Of a stretch of DNA of 64,000 nucleotides, positions 46,482-56,886 are shown in pieces. Both the position numbers and the translations under genes were made by a program. Every line of letters begins with the position of its first letter. Position 1 is the first letter of the stretch. Origin of the DNA: Candidatus Thorarchaeota archaeon. Its GTDB lineage: Archaea > Asgardarchaeota > Thorarchaeia > Thorarchaeales > Thorarchaeaceae. Under the pieces are notes generated by a model. The model ran no database searches. It saw only the letters and a program-made list of their open reading frames with translations, and had not been told where the DNA came from. The DNA is taken from positions 2,030-66,029 of the forward strand of contig JAWOEX010000037.1 of NCBI GenBank assembly GCA_046482545.1, given 5' to 3'.

Positions 46482-46601
46482 CTCAATGATTTATATGTCT
46501 CAGTATCTTGACTTTGCCAGACCGATTTCCCTGTAATTAAGGGAGTATCCAGGAATCATCGGCTCATATCTCATTATAGTCAGCCGATTTTGTTCCTCAA
46601 C

Positions 46602-47060
46602 TCAGGCAGTATTCTGTTGCTTCACTGCCAACAAATTCTCCGCAAAAAGTATGCCGAATAACAAATCACCGGTTACTACAGCTAGAACCCATACTGAAGC
46701 TTCTGCAATGATGAAGTAGTAGAAACCTACCACAAAAACCCAGCACTTCTCAAATATGGCTACAAGAATCAGGCCGTGGTTCTCTTGCATATCCAAACTG
46801 ATTAGATAGAAACCAATCCCAAAAGCAAAAACCAAGCCCATAAAACAATCAAACCAGAGCATGGTGGGAGGTACCGAATTTCCGGAAATGGAGAAATAGG
46901 CTATGTCAATTCTCGGCAAGGTCAGAAACAGGATAGCTAAAACCCAGTTCCAAATTGCAGCAACGGTATACATGAACTTGTGATACTGTGAACGATTCAT
47001 AGTCATACACCCTGCAAAGTGACGGAACCGGGGCATAAAACTCCATTGAGGTGCATCCAT
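46602..47060 (-). CDS. Small 4-TM membrane protein
   Basis: Hydrophobic helices; AAIWNW, IFEK, GDLLFG. Confidence 0.6.
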   Translation of the reverse strand: MDAPQWSFMPRFRHFAGCMTMNRSQYHKFMYTVAAIWNWVLAILFLTLPRIDIAYFSISGNSVPPTMLWFDCFMGLVFAFGIGFYLISLDMQENHGLILVAIFEKCWVFVVGFYYFIIAEASVWVLAVVTGDLLFGILFAENLLAVKQQNTA

Positions 47061-47087
47061 TGCTGATTGCCAAAGAGAATGGGATGT

Positions 47088-47471
47088 CTATTCTTCCTTG
47101 AAGTCAAGTGCAACTGAGTTGATACAATATCTTAGGCCAGTCGGTTCTGGACCATCCTCGAACAAATGTCCTAAGTGTCCACCACATTTAGCACACAAGA
47201 CCTCGGAGCGTGTCATCCCTAGGCTGTTGTCTTGGCGGGTTTCAATATTATCTTTTGACACAGTATTCCAGAAGCTTGGCCAACCTGAGCCAGATTTGAA
47301 TTTAGTATCCGATGAAAACAGCTCATTCCCGCATGCAGCACACACGTATATCCCATCAGCTTTGTGTTCTACATACTCCCCACTAAAGGCGGGTTCCGTA
47401 CCTCCTTTTCTCAGCACATAATACTCTTCTGGGCTCAGAATATACTTCCATTCTTTGTCGCTTTCTTTCAT
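47088..47471 (-). CDS. msrB: Peptide-methionine (R)-S-oxide reductase
   Basis: GTEPAFSG, CAAC, GSGWPSF, CAKCGGHLGHLF, GLRYCINS. Confidence 0.95.
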   Translation of the reverse strand: MKESDKEWKYILSPEEYYVLRKGGTEPAFSGEYVEHKADGIYVCAACGNELFSSDTKFKSGSGWPSFWNTVSKDNIETRQDNSLGMTRSEVLCAKCGGHLGHLFEDGPEPTGLRYCINSVALDFKEE

Positions 47472-47517
47472 GGTATCATCTCACATACCGTTTAATTCTT
47501 AACTATAGCTACCTTAT

Positions 47518-48549
47518 ATGTTTGTATCGAGGAAGAGATTAATGCATTACAGACAAGTTGGAAATAGTGGACTGAAAATCAGCGAAATTGGGTTGGGTTC
47601 TTGGCTCACATATGGAAAAACGGTACAAAGAGAAACTGCGAAGAAGTGTCTCACAGCAGCAGTAAATCATGAAGTCAATTTCATAGACACAGCGGAGATT
47701 TACGCAAAAGGTGGTGCAGAAGAAGTAATCGGGGAATGGCTGGAAGAGGAAACAATCGATAGGAATGACTTGGTCATTTCCAGCAAGGTTTTCTGGCCAA
47801 TGAGTGAGAACGTTAATGACTGGGGCTTGAGCCGAAAGAATATCATGAAGGCAATAGATGGTACGCTAGGTAGATTGGGAACAAACTATCTTGATATCTA
47901 TTACATGCATAGATTTGATCCAAAGACGCCATTGCGAGAGACAGTTATGGCTCTTGATGATTTGGTAAGAAGGGGCAAGATCCACTACTGGGGGACCTCT
48001 GTCTGGACGGCAGCGCAGCTTGAGCGAGTGCATGCTGTTGCGAGAGAAATGGGTGCACATGCCCCCACAGTCGAACAACCGATGTACAACATGCTCTTCA
48101 GGCATATTGAAACCGAGATTATGCCTGTAGCTCATCGCCTTGGAATGGGCTTCACAGTCTGGTCTCCACTGTATCAGGGTATACTAACCGGCAAATACAA
48201 TGAGGGTATACCTGAGGGCAGTCGAGGAGACAGGTCACCTGGTTTCTTGAAGTACCTCACCGACAAATGGAGGGCTAAATTGAACACACTTGAAGAGATT
48301 GCCAACTCCATGGATATCACGATGACACAGTTGGCGCTAGCCTGGATACTCAGAAGGCCTGAAATCTCATCTGCGATTATCGGTGCTACGAAACCAGAGC
48401 ATGTTGCTGAAAATACTGGAGCCTCAGGAGTCAAATTATCTGACGATGTGGTCGAGAGAATAGAAGAAGTACTTGATAATAGACCAGAGTGGCCAAAAAC
48501 TTACACTCCTAATGTGTATCATGAGGATGAAACACTATACTACAAATAA
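47518..48549 (+). CDS. Aldo/keto reductase (Kv-beta/YghZ-like)
   Basis: GLGSWLT, DTAEIY, SSKVFW, YYMHRFD, WSPL..GILTGKY, IIGAT. Confidence 0.9.
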   Translation: MFVSRKRLMHYRQVGNSGLKISEIGLGSWLTYGKTVQRETAKKCLTAAVNHEVNFIDTAEIYAKGGAEEVIGEWLEEETIDRNDLVISSKVFWPMSENVNDWGLSRKNIMKAIDGTLGRLGTNYLDIYYMHRFDPKTPLRETVMALDDLVRRGKIHYWGTSVWTAAQLERVHAVAREMGAHAPTVEQPMYNMLFRHIETEIMPVAHRLGMGFTVWSPLYQGILTGKYNEGIPEGSRGDRSPGFLKYLTDKWRAKLNTLEEIANSMDITMTQLALAWILRRPEISSAIIGATKPEHVAENTGASGVKLSDDVVERIEEVLDNRPEWPKTYTPNVYHEDETLYYK

Positions 48550-48610
48550 GATATTGAGCCACGTAGGTAAGGTGAGAAGCTCCAAGACAGAGTATATAAC
48601 CATTGTAGAT

Positions 48611-49075
48611 TTAGTCCAGCGATAAAAGGGGCTCTAATGGGTAGGAAGCATGTCGATCGATAACGTCTTCCTGCCCTGACGTTTCTATAGCACAAGGCCT
48701 AACAGACCTGACCTTCCTTATAGCACCTTTAGCTGTGTCTTCTTCGAAAAGGTAGAGCTCAGCTAGTGCAAGCATCGTTCCGGTTCGACCACACCCTGCA
48801 AAACAATGAACCAATGCGGTCTTTCCTTGGACGAAGGCATCCTTGAGCAGCCTGATGAAGCGAATGACATCTTCATCAGATGGTAAACCAAATGCCCTCA
48901 CAGGGATTTCATAATGCTCAAGTCCATACCCCTCGAAACCCGGAAGAGGAAAGTCTGTTTCCAGCGAAATAACGATGTCAATGTCGGCCTCCTTGATGCG
49001 AAGCAAATCCCTTTCTTGAGGAAGAGACCCACCCCAAATCTTGCCAGGCACGTACTCAAATAGGCTCATTCTCAT
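48611..49075 (-). CDS. Cys-based (CX5R) dual-specificity protein phosphatase family
   Basis: LVHCFAGCGRTG, RSVRPCAIET..Q; acid loop reads IPVRAF. Confidence 0.85.
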   Translation of the reverse strand: MRMSLFEYVPGKIWGGSLPQERDLLRIKEADIDIVISLETDFPLPGFEGYGLEHYEIPVRAFGLPSDEDVIRFIRLLKDAFVQGKTALVHCFAGCGRTGTMLALAELYLFEEDTAKGAIRKVRSVRPCAIETSGQEDVIDRHASYPLEPLLSLD

Positions 49076-49236
49076 CTTCGGGCTCTCCCGAGGGACAGAT
49101 CCCTTATAACAAGGAGAGCCAGTTTCAAATAAGATATTTGTGGGAGTCAGCTAGACAAGTCTATAATTACTTCTAACCGGATGCAACATATCGAAGGGTT
49201 CTGAGCATGCATACTATCTCCGTTTTCTAGTTCATT

Positions 49237-49692
49237 TCAGAAATCCAGCCGTATTGTTTCCCACCGGAGCCTCCCCGCCTCTACAGCCTCTTTGATTTTT
49301 CTTTCAGTTTTATTCAGTCTAGCATTGCCCGTCTTGATATCCGCCAAAATGACAGTAATCGGTGAAGGTGAACCTTGATCCTTGGCTGCGGTATAGCCGT
49401 CAAAAATCAGGTAGTCAATGGGGGCACCTATGAATCGTGCATCCGATGGATCATAGTGAAAAACATCACTCAGCATAGGAACCATGTGTTCTGCTATCTT
49501 ACCTTTCAGTACGTATCTGCTGCGCCGTGTAGCATCCTTTCGAATATCCGATTCTTGTTCTGCCCACATTTTCTCAAACTCGGCTTCCACCATCTCAATG
49601 CGATGCCTGAGTCTTGCTTTCATAGCCCCGTATACAATAACAGCAATGAACAGCCCAATTCCTAAACCTAGGATAATATCCAGGAGTACCAT
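49237..49692 (-). CDS. Holliday-junction-resolvase-like PD-(D/E)XK nuclease with an N-terminal TM anchor
   Basis: GKIAEH, RFIGAPIDYLIFDG, DIKTG..L...ERKIKEAV..G..WE. Confidence 0.8.
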   Translation of the reverse strand: MVLLDIILGLGIGLFIAVIVYGAMKARLRHRIEMVEAEFEKMWAEQESDIRKDATRRSRYVLKGKIAEHMVPMLSDVFHYDPSDARFIGAPIDYLIFDGYTAAKDQGSPSPITVILADIKTGNARLNKTERKIKEAVEAGRLRWETIRLDF

Positions 49693-49744
49693 ATCATATT
49701 ATGGTGATGGTGCAATATATGCCCCAGTATAACCTGTTTCTTAT

Positions 49745-50160
49745 AGTTGATTGAAGCCAACTGAGGAAAATCCTATGTTTCATCCTTCCCTTGCCAACTT
49801 TGCCGCCCTGAAGGTACTCGTAGTACCTCAAGTTAGCACTAGCTTAGCCCATATCTACTGGAATGGGATGCCTCCCATGATTCTATCTTCCGCCCCTGTC
49901 TCCATCCCGGGTGATCACTCCCGGCGACAGCGAGGTCTTCCACAGTTTTTGCCGCGGCGTAGTCATGATCACCAGAATCAGCCTTGTCACCGTAGCTGAA
50001 AAGGCCCATTACGGACAAGGTGAACAGTCGTCGACTCTCCAGAGTTCGATGAATCTCTTTGTGCGGAGAGTGAGAAATTCCATCAAGAAACACGATTCTT
50101 ACATCGGGTTCTCGACGGTGTGACTCGTGGTACTGCACCAAGCCACGTACCTGATCCTAC
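49745..50160 (-). mobile_element. Possible heavily degraded DDE (IS4/IS5-like) transposase remnant
   Basis: Fragments in different frames: VTPSRT..D (50110-50124), YGDKA-DS (about 49975-49995), TFRAAK (49798-49815). No intact ORF and no terminal repeats seen. Confidence 0.3.
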
Positions 50161-50364
50161 TGGGAGTTTCTTTCGTATTGGAAATAATGAAGCCCCTTGC
50201 TGTTGGAGAATACAAAAGCCAAACGAACTATCTTGGGCGTGCCATTGATTTATGTGAAATCTTACAGAAATCCTACGCTTTGGTATGTTGAATTATTTGG
50301 GATTGTTTGTATTCGTTTAACACACTCAGATTCATAGGACAAGTTATCCTATTGTATAGTTGGA

Positions 50365-50721
50365 TTAAACCCAATCGTTCAGGATATCTTCAACTGCAAG
50401 AAACTTTTCTGTGATTGTCCAGCCTTTCTCCGTAAGCGTTAGGTATGGATTCGCTTTACCGCCTTTGAATCGATAGCAGATTCCTGCTTCCACAAGCCTA
50501 TCAGCCACCTCCTTGAAGGGGAGGCTATAGTCGTCTACTTCTTTGTCAACTTTCGCTAAAAGATCGTGCTCAAAGCGGTCTCCCCATGACAACTCTTTCA
50601 GTACTATCCAGACCTCTGGCTTAACGAAGAAGGTAACGTCCAATTTCATCATAATATAATAGGGAGGATTGGGCTTTGAAATCTTTGATGCATAAGGAAT
50701 CCCACCATCCTGATTTGGCAA
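50365..50721 (-). CDS. Small winged-helix-like protein
   Basis: KEVADRLVEAGIC....YLTLTEKGW wing pattern. Confidence 0.55.
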   Translation of the reverse strand: MPNQDGGIPYASKISKPNPPYYIMMKLDVTFFVKPEVWIVLKELSWGDRFEHDLLAKVDKEVDDYSLPFKEVADRLVEAGICYRFKGGKANPYLTLTEKGWTITEKFLAVEDILNDWV

Positions 50722-50851
50722 ATACGGAAACCCCAGTACTATATCTGCAGGTTCACCTCATTTATTTGTAAGCTCTGAGCAGACCAACCTGTGGATTCTT
50801 ATAGTAGTATGAGTAGCCCCAATTCATTCGGGTAATCATTGGTGACTTCCT

Positions 50852-52213
50852 TTGACAATAGATCATGATTCAATCCCTATGGAATCAGAAGATGTACCCA
50901 CGGAAGATTCGGGTTCTGAGAATACAGATTCGTATGAGCCAGAGAAAATGCACTGGCTGTACGTTCTTGCAATCGGTTTAGGATTCTTCACAACAGGCAT
51001 AAGTTGGAGTGTATACAACAGCTACCTCCCTGCTGATTTTCTGCCTACATTCATTGTTGGTGATTTCCAGAATACGATTATTGGTGCTGTTATGGTTCTT
51101 GATAATATTGTGGCCCTGTTCATGCAACCATATATCGGTGCCAAATCTGACAGTACGCAAACAAGATGGGGACGCAGGATGCCATACATCATGATTGGCG
51201 CTCCAATTGCAGCGGCGTTTTTCACCCTCGTAGCATATGGATGGGCTGTATTCGGGTTCTGGATTATGTTCGCATTCATAACATGCTTCAACATCGCTAT
51301 GGCCTTCTATAGAGCTCCAGTCGTAGCATTGATGCCCGACTTGGTACCTGAGGAACACAGGTCAAACGCCAACGGAGTGATTAATCTGATGGGAGGGATC
51401 GGCGCTATCTATGCTTTCGCAGTAGCATCCCAAATCTACAAGATAAACGACCCTGCCATAGGCTCATTTCTCGGAGTTACAGCAGCGGAATCAGGCCCCA
51501 TTCTAGCTTTTCTGACTACTTCTGTAATCATGGTCGTATCCGTGGTTATACTTTTCTTCGCTGTCAAAGAACCAGAAGTGCCCCATGAACCAAGTGAAAA
51601 AATGGGAATTCTCCAAGCCATTCGTACTGTTTCCTTTTCAGAGGACAAATCTGCAGCCGCACTGCTCGGTGCTATTCTATTCTGGTTTTTTGGGTACAAT
51701 GCCATAGAAACTTGGTTTACGCGCTACGGCAAGAACGTACTAGGTTTCCTCACCGCCGACGCATCGTTCCTTCTGAATGGCATCGCATTATCATTCGTCA
51801 TATTTGCTATTCCAGCTGGATTACTTGCAGGAAAAATCGGGCGTAGGCGAACCATCCTGCTGGGTCTGTGTATCATGATTGCTTCGCTCTTTGTTCTCTG
51901 GGTTACAACAGACTACTGGATGATTCTTGGAATCCTTGGCGTGGCTGGAGTTGGCTGGGCCTTTGTCAATGTTAACAGCATAGTCATGATTTGGCAGCTC
52001 CTTGGACAAGAACGAGTCGGTGCCGGTACTGGCTTGTACTACGCCAGCAGTATGACAGCCGCAATTATTGGACCATTCATAAGCGGGGTTATTTTCGATT
52101 TGACCTCCATAGCTGCGCTTTTCCCTGTTTCAATTACATTCTTTGTCATCTCGCTAATCCTCACACTTGCTGTTCGAACAGGCGAGGTTGGTGATGCTCC
52201 TGTCGGGAAGTAA
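50852..52213 (+). CDS. MFS transporter, maltose/sucrose:H+ (SLC45/MalT-like)
   Basis: About 12 TMs; GAKSDSTQTRWGRRMPY, ALMPDLVP..RS.ANG, KIGRRR. Confidence 0.85.
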   Translation: MTIDHDSIPMESEDVPTEDSGSENTDSYEPEKMHWLYVLAIGLGFFTTGISWSVYNSYLPADFLPTFIVGDFQNTIIGAVMVLDNIVALFMQPYIGAKSDSTQTRWGRRMPYIMIGAPIAAAFFTLVAYGWAVFGFWIMFAFITCFNIAMAFYRAPVVALMPDLVPEEHRSNANGVINLMGGIGAIYAFAVASQIYKINDPAIGSFLGVTAAESGPILAFLTTSVIMVVSVVILFFAVKEPEVPHEPSEKMGILQAIRTVSFSEDKSAAALLGAILFWFFGYNAIETWFTRYGKNVLGFLTADASFLLNGIALSFVIFAIPAGLLAGKIGRRRTILLGLCIMIASLFVLWVTTDYWMILGILGVAGVGWAFVNVNSIVMIWQLLGQERVGAGTGLYYASSMTAAIIGPFISGVIFDLTSIAALFPVSITFFVISLILTLAVRTGEVGDAPVGK

Positions 52214-52271
52214 GAGTCTCTCCAGAACAGGCTAAAATAAATCAGCCCAAATCAATAGACTACTTGCTCTG

Positions 52272-53369
52272 TTAGTGGTTGACATCGGATTTACGAGAGC
52301 GGGCACTGTATACAAATATGACAAAAGCCACCAATGACATTATCATGGCATTAAGAATTATTGGAGTATAGCTCGGCCATTTCAAGTAGAGCACAGTTGC
52401 AATGACAGGGCCAATGACCCCTGAAATTGACATCATAGACTGAAGCAATCCAGAGGCTGTTGATTTCTCATTGGTTTGGTCAGTGACATATCGAAGTGCT
52501 CCAACATACAGGCAAGCCCATGAAAAACCCAACATAACCTGAGCGGGAATCATATGGAGGATATCTGTAACCAGTGCAAACCAGGCAAAAGCTGCAGCAG
52601 AGGCCAGAAGCCCCATCATTACCAACTTTTCATAGCCGATACGTTGTGTAATTGCGGCCATGAAGATAGCTTGGCTGACTGAATTTGTCGCTTGAATGAT
52701 GCCAATCATGAAAACATCACCCCCTAAATCGTGAAGGAAAAGGGGCCATAGGGTCCACACTGCAGAGGCGCTGCTGTGACGTATAAGAACAGCAAGATAT
52801 ACAGGGAAGTTCTTCTTCAGCGTGTTAAAAGGGAGCAATGGAACGTCCATTTCAATGTGCTCTATTGGTGGGAGAGTCATTGCGGTTGCAAACGCCACCA
52901 TGTAGAACAAGCTGGAAAGACCGAATGCGTAGTATATGTTGAAACTGCCAGCTAGGCCAGTAAGAACCATACCTGCTCCCCATCCAAGTGCACCAAAGGT
53001 TGCGAATCTTCCCATCAACATGTCTGATTCGTGAGCATAGGCTGCCAGTGCACCGGGATACATTCCATAGCAGAAACCGTTCGTCACCCTGATTACGAAA
53101 AGCGCTTCGGGTGATGAAGACAAGAGAAGTAATCCAAAGCTCAGTGCGGAAAGCAAGAGTCCAATTCGTAGAACGAATCTGCGGCCGTGAATATCACCTG
53201 CTCGACCAAACAGGTAGCTTGAGACAAACGTGGCGGTGGCGTAGCCACCAACTAGCAATGTGACAAAGAACTCGTTAGCCCCCAGATGTTCCCGTGCAAG
53301 GATAGGAACATAGGTAACTGCGGAGATGACCGCTGCTCCGGCCATGATTTGGACCGTCTCAGTCTTCAC
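52272..53369 (-). CDS. MFS transporter
   Basis: About 12 TMs; GRAGDIHGRR motif A. Confidence 0.85.
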   Translation of the reverse strand: MKTETVQIMAGAAVISAVTYVPILAREHLGANEFFVTLLVGGYATATFVSSYLFGRAGDIHGRRFVLRIGLLLSALSFGLLLLSSSPEALFVIRVTNGFCYGMYPGALAAYAHESDMLMGRFATFGALGWGAGMVLTGLAGSFNIYYAFGLSSLFYMVAFATAMTLPPIEHIEMDVPLLPFNTLKKNFPVYLAVLIRHSSASAVWTLWPLFLHDLGGDVFMIGIIQATNSVSQAIFMAAITQRIGYEKLVMMGLLASAAAFAWFALVTDILHMIPAQVMLGFSWACLYVGALRYVTDQTNEKSTASGLLQSMMSISGVIGPVIATVLYLKWPSYTPIILNAMIMSLVAFVIFVYSARSRKSDVNH

Positions 53370-53663
53370 TGTTTGCCACCATCAGGCAAGCGACAGCTGC
53401 CTGCTAATTAAGAGTGTGTATCCCTCCATCAAAGATCTCTTTTAGGATATGTCAATACGAGCACAGTCATGCTCTAAAATGGTAGAATAGATGATTTCCC
53501 AGAAAGTAAGATTCTCGCCATGATTCTTGATGAAGTGATTCTCATCCCCTTCTGATTTTATTGTCTGGTTCTTTGCTCCGGAGTATACACCTGTGATTAA
53601 ATTAGAACGGTAAAAAATCGGATACGTTAAATCGTTAGAGGAATACATCTTCTGGGATGGACA

Positions 53664-54587
53664 ATGAATAGCTTGAAGCGCAATTACAGGAGAAACTCTC
53701 TCTCGACTTTTTCTATTGTTGCCAGGGATCCATCAAATGGTGACCTTGGAATTGCTGTACAATCTAAGTTTCCAGCAGTAGGTGCCATTGTTCCTTGGGC
53801 AAAAGCGAACATAGGTGCGATAGCGACTCAAGCTTGGGCAAATGTAGCTTACGGACCAGATGGCCTAGACCTCCTGTCACAAGGTAAGACTGCTAATGAG
53901 GTGCTTGAAACGTTGCTCAAGGATGATGATGGATCGGAACATCGTCAGGTGGGAATAGTAGATAGTACTGGAAGAGCTGCTGTTCACACGGGGGTCGAAT
54001 GTATGGACTGGGCAGGCCACATCAAGGGAGAGGGTTATTGTTGTCAGGGTAATATTCTTGCAGGTAAACCGGTGGTTACTGACATGTCTAATGCTTATCT
54101 CTTTACTGAGGGGGATTTGATTGACAAGCTTTTTGCGGCTCTCAATGCAGGCCAAGCCGCAGGCGGTGACAAACGAGGGAAACAATCGGCTGCTATTCTG
54201 GTTGTACGGGAGGGCGGCGGATATGAGGGCGGCAATGACCGATATGTGGACGTGAGGGTAGATGACCATACAACGCCCATCAAAGAGCTAGAACGGATTT
54301 TCAAGCTATACGACATGACTTTGCTCAGCCGCGAGGACCCTAGCAACCTTCTTGATATTGACAGAGATATCGCCTCTGACATCAAGCGGGCCCTTGTTAA
54401 TCTTGGTTATCTTGATGAATTTGGCAAGAGTAGTTTCTCTAAAAGAGACCGAACGGCCCTGCGGCAGTTTATCAACGTCAACAACTTCGAGAACAAAGCT
54501 AGAACTGATGGCAAGATATGGAGAAGTGTATTCCAGTATCTTCTCCGTAAGGCAGGTATGAAAGGTAGAGAAAAAAGAAAAGACTGA
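53664..54587 (+). CDS. DUF1028 (Ntn-hydrolase-like) protein with a C-terminal peptidoglycan-binding-like domain
   Basis: TFSIVARD, GIAVQS, VPWA, ATQA, QGNIL, GGDKRG.QSAA, DVRVDDH. Confidence 0.85.
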   Translation: MNSLKRNYRRNSLSTFSIVARDPSNGDLGIAVQSKFPAVGAIVPWAKANIGAIATQAWANVAYGPDGLDLLSQGKTANEVLETLLKDDDGSEHRQVGIVDSTGRAAVHTGVECMDWAGHIKGEGYCCQGNILAGKPVVTDMSNAYLFTEGDLIDKLFAALNAGQAAGGDKRGKQSAAILVVREGGGYEGGNDRYVDVRVDDHTTPIKELERIFKLYDMTLLSREDPSNLLDIDRDIASDIKRALVNLGYLDEFGKSSFSKRDRTALRQFINVNNFENKARTDGKIWRSVFQYLLRKAGMKGREKRKD

Positions 54588-54632
54588 GCCCAAGGCATAA
54601 ACCTTGGACCCTCCTCGTTGAATGTTGAGCTG

Positions 54633-56723
54633 TTAGACTGTAATACTCTCAGAGGTTTCCGCGTTATCAGATTCAGAGTACGTGTAGCCAGTCTTAACGA
54701 GATTCGTCACAGTCGATGTATATGTACCTGTCTGACTACTTCCAGCTTCATAGACAAATGTGACTGTTCCATCAGCGCCTGTATCCGAATCGCCTGTGGC
54801 TGTTCCACCGCCGGGTAGGCTCATCTCAAGATAAACAGTTACGCCCTCCAAGGGGTCGCCACTGCCGTCATGGACGGTTACCTCAGTGTACACATCGTAA
54901 CCAATTACCCAGAACCACCATGTCACTTCCTCGTACCACATGTCTATGCTGGCAACATGCATGGTGTTATCGCCGAGGGTGGTTGCCGAGGCTGCGTCAG
55001 ACTTCTCGCCCTCGTTGCCTGATGTGTCAACAGCAGAGACCTCATAGGTATAGGTTGTATCAGCGGATAGACCCGTGTCTGTGTAGTAGGTATTTGTAGT
55101 CTCAGCTATCTTCGCACCATCTCGATAGACATTATAGTGGTCAAGGTCTGATTCCGAGTTGGCATCCCAATCCAGTTCAATCTCAGTCTGTGAGATTCCA
55201 TCTGCTGTGAGTCCCGTCACTTTGGCAGGTGGAGTCGTATCCTCGGGTTCAGAATCAGTTGTTGCCGATGCTGAATCAGACTTCTCGCCCTCGTTGCCTG
55301 ATGTGTCAACAGCAGAGACCCTATACGTATACGTTGTCTCCGCTGAGAGACCTGTATCGCTATAGTATGCGTTAGTTGTTTCCGTTATCTTCGAACCATC
55401 ACGGTATACATTGTAATAGTCAAGGTCTGACTCTGTGTTTGCGTCCCAGCTGAGGTCTATCTGAGAATGAGACGCTGCTGTTGCAGTCAATCCAGTAACC
55501 TGAGCAGGTGGTGTGGTGTCACCGCCACCGCCCGCTTCATCAACAGCCGCTTCCGCATTCACCATACCATAGCCATAGTACTGATCCCAACCTGTTGATC
55601 CAAGGTCTGTTGTTGTGGTTTGAAGAATGTCTCTAACTTCTGAAGCAGTCAGGTCAGGATTTGCATCACGGACTAGGGAAACCACACCGGCCACCATTGG
55701 ACAGGCCATTGAGGTTCCGCTCATCTGATCGTAATCATTGCTGTAACCATAGTACCAGCTAGTCAGGGTGACACTATAGGTTGGCATGGTTGAATAGATA
55801 TCAACACCTGGAGCAACAACCTCCTGCTCGTCACCATAATTGCTGAAGCTGGCAAGCTGATGGCTACTATCAATGGCTCCTACTGCTATTGCGTTGGTGT
55901 AAGCTGCTGGATAGGCTACTGTGCCCTCTCCATCATTACCGGACGCTGCGACGACCACTACGTCGGCACTGTATGCACGATTGATGGCATCATTGAATGA
56001 ACTATCATAATCACCCCCACCAAGGCTCATGGATATGACATTCATACCGTTGTCTACTGCCCAATCGATACCTGCGATGATGTCACTTGTATAGCCAGAG
56101 CCCTGATCATCAAGCACTCGAACAGCGTATACAGATGTCATCGGGGCCACACCAATAACACCTTCGTCATTGTCTTCCGCTGCAACGATTCCAGCACAGT
56201 GTGTCCCGTGACCGTTACCATCTTTTGGATCACTGTCATCGTCTACGAAGTCATAACCTCCTGCATATACATCATCTAAATCCGGATGTGTGTAGTCTAT
56301 CCCGGTATCGAGAATTGCTACATTAACACCAGCACCTGCGACATTACCCGAAACAACATCTGTTGCGCCTTCTGTTCCGCCCCAGACCCGTTCTGCGTCA
56401 ATATCATCCACACCCCAATCCAAAGTATCCTGAAGTACGTCTACCTTTGAATCAATGGCAATGGTATCCACATACCAAGCTGACTCAAGGTCCTCAAAGA
56501 GCCAGAGTGGCATTCTTGCGGCTACCCCGTTCAATTCATCGTATTGATGTGCGATTTCTACATTTTGTAGATTCACATCGACACCAGGCTTGAACAAGAT
56601 AACCGCGTCTACCATCCTCTCTCCGCCAACAGTACCACCTAGCACGGAATTCGCACTGGAAAAAATAAGCAGTGGTACCAAAATGGCTGAGAAAATCATC
56701 AATTTCTTTCGATTTCTCATCAT
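54633..56723 (-). CDS. Secreted subtilisin-like S8 protease with propeptide, two FN3 repeats and a C-terminal beta domain
   Basis: Signal peptide; ILDTGID, HGTHCAG, SGTSMACP triad; two TPPA.VTGLTA..Y.V.AVD.SGNE units; start at ATG 56723. Confidence 0.92.
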   Translation of the reverse strand: MMRNRKKLMIFSAILVPLLIFSSANSVLGGTVGGERMVDAVILFKPGVDVNLQNVEIAHQYDELNGVAARMPLWLFEDLESAWYVDTIAIDSKVDVLQDTLDWGVDDIDAERVWGGTEGATDVVSGNVAGAGVNVAILDTGIDYTHPDLDDVYAGGYDFVDDDSDPKDGNGHGTHCAGIVAAEDNDEGVIGVAPMTSVYAVRVLDDQGSGYTSDIIAGIDWAVDNGMNVISMSLGGGDYDSSFNDAINRAYSADVVVVAASGNDGEGTVAYPAAYTNAIAVGAIDSSHQLASFSNYGDEQEVVAPGVDIYSTMPTYSVTLTSWYYGYSNDYDQMSGTSMACPMVAGVVSLVRDANPDLTASEVRDILQTTTTDLGSTGWDQYYGYGMVNAEAAVDEAGGGGDTTPPAQVTGLTATAASHSQIDLSWDANTESDLDYYNVYRDGSKITETTNAYYSDTGLSAETTYTYRVSAVDTSGNEGEKSDSASATTDSEPEDTTPPAKVTGLTADGISQTEIELDWDANSESDLDHYNVYRDGAKIAETTNTYYTDTGLSADTTYTYEVSAVDTSGNEGEKSDAASATTLGDNTMHVASIDMWYEEVTWWFWVIGYDVYTEVTVHDGSGDPLEGVTVYLEMSLPGGGTATGDSDTGADGTVTFVYEAGSSQTGTYTSTVTNLVKTGYTYSESDNAETSESITV
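54997..55320. repeat. 45-bp exact direct repeat (54997-55041 and 55276-55320) inside the FN3 repeats
   Basis: TCAGACTTCTCGCCCTCGTTGCCTGATGTGTCAACAGCAGAGACC occurs twice, 279 bp apart. Confidence 0.9.
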
Positions 56724-56886
56724 AATCACCGTTGGTCCCTCTCTCTCCAGAAGGGACCACACCAGGGAATGACCCCTGATAGGTACACAATTCTCACAAT
56801 CTAATATATAAATGATTCTGGTAAAATTGCGTACATGAACTCCCACAACTGATATATACTGTTGTTGCCATTATTGGAGAGAGATA

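Noticed and set aside
53442-53648. 68-aa minus-strand ORF
   Set aside because: Lies in an AT-rich divergent promoter region with no motif or clear RBS; probably spurious.
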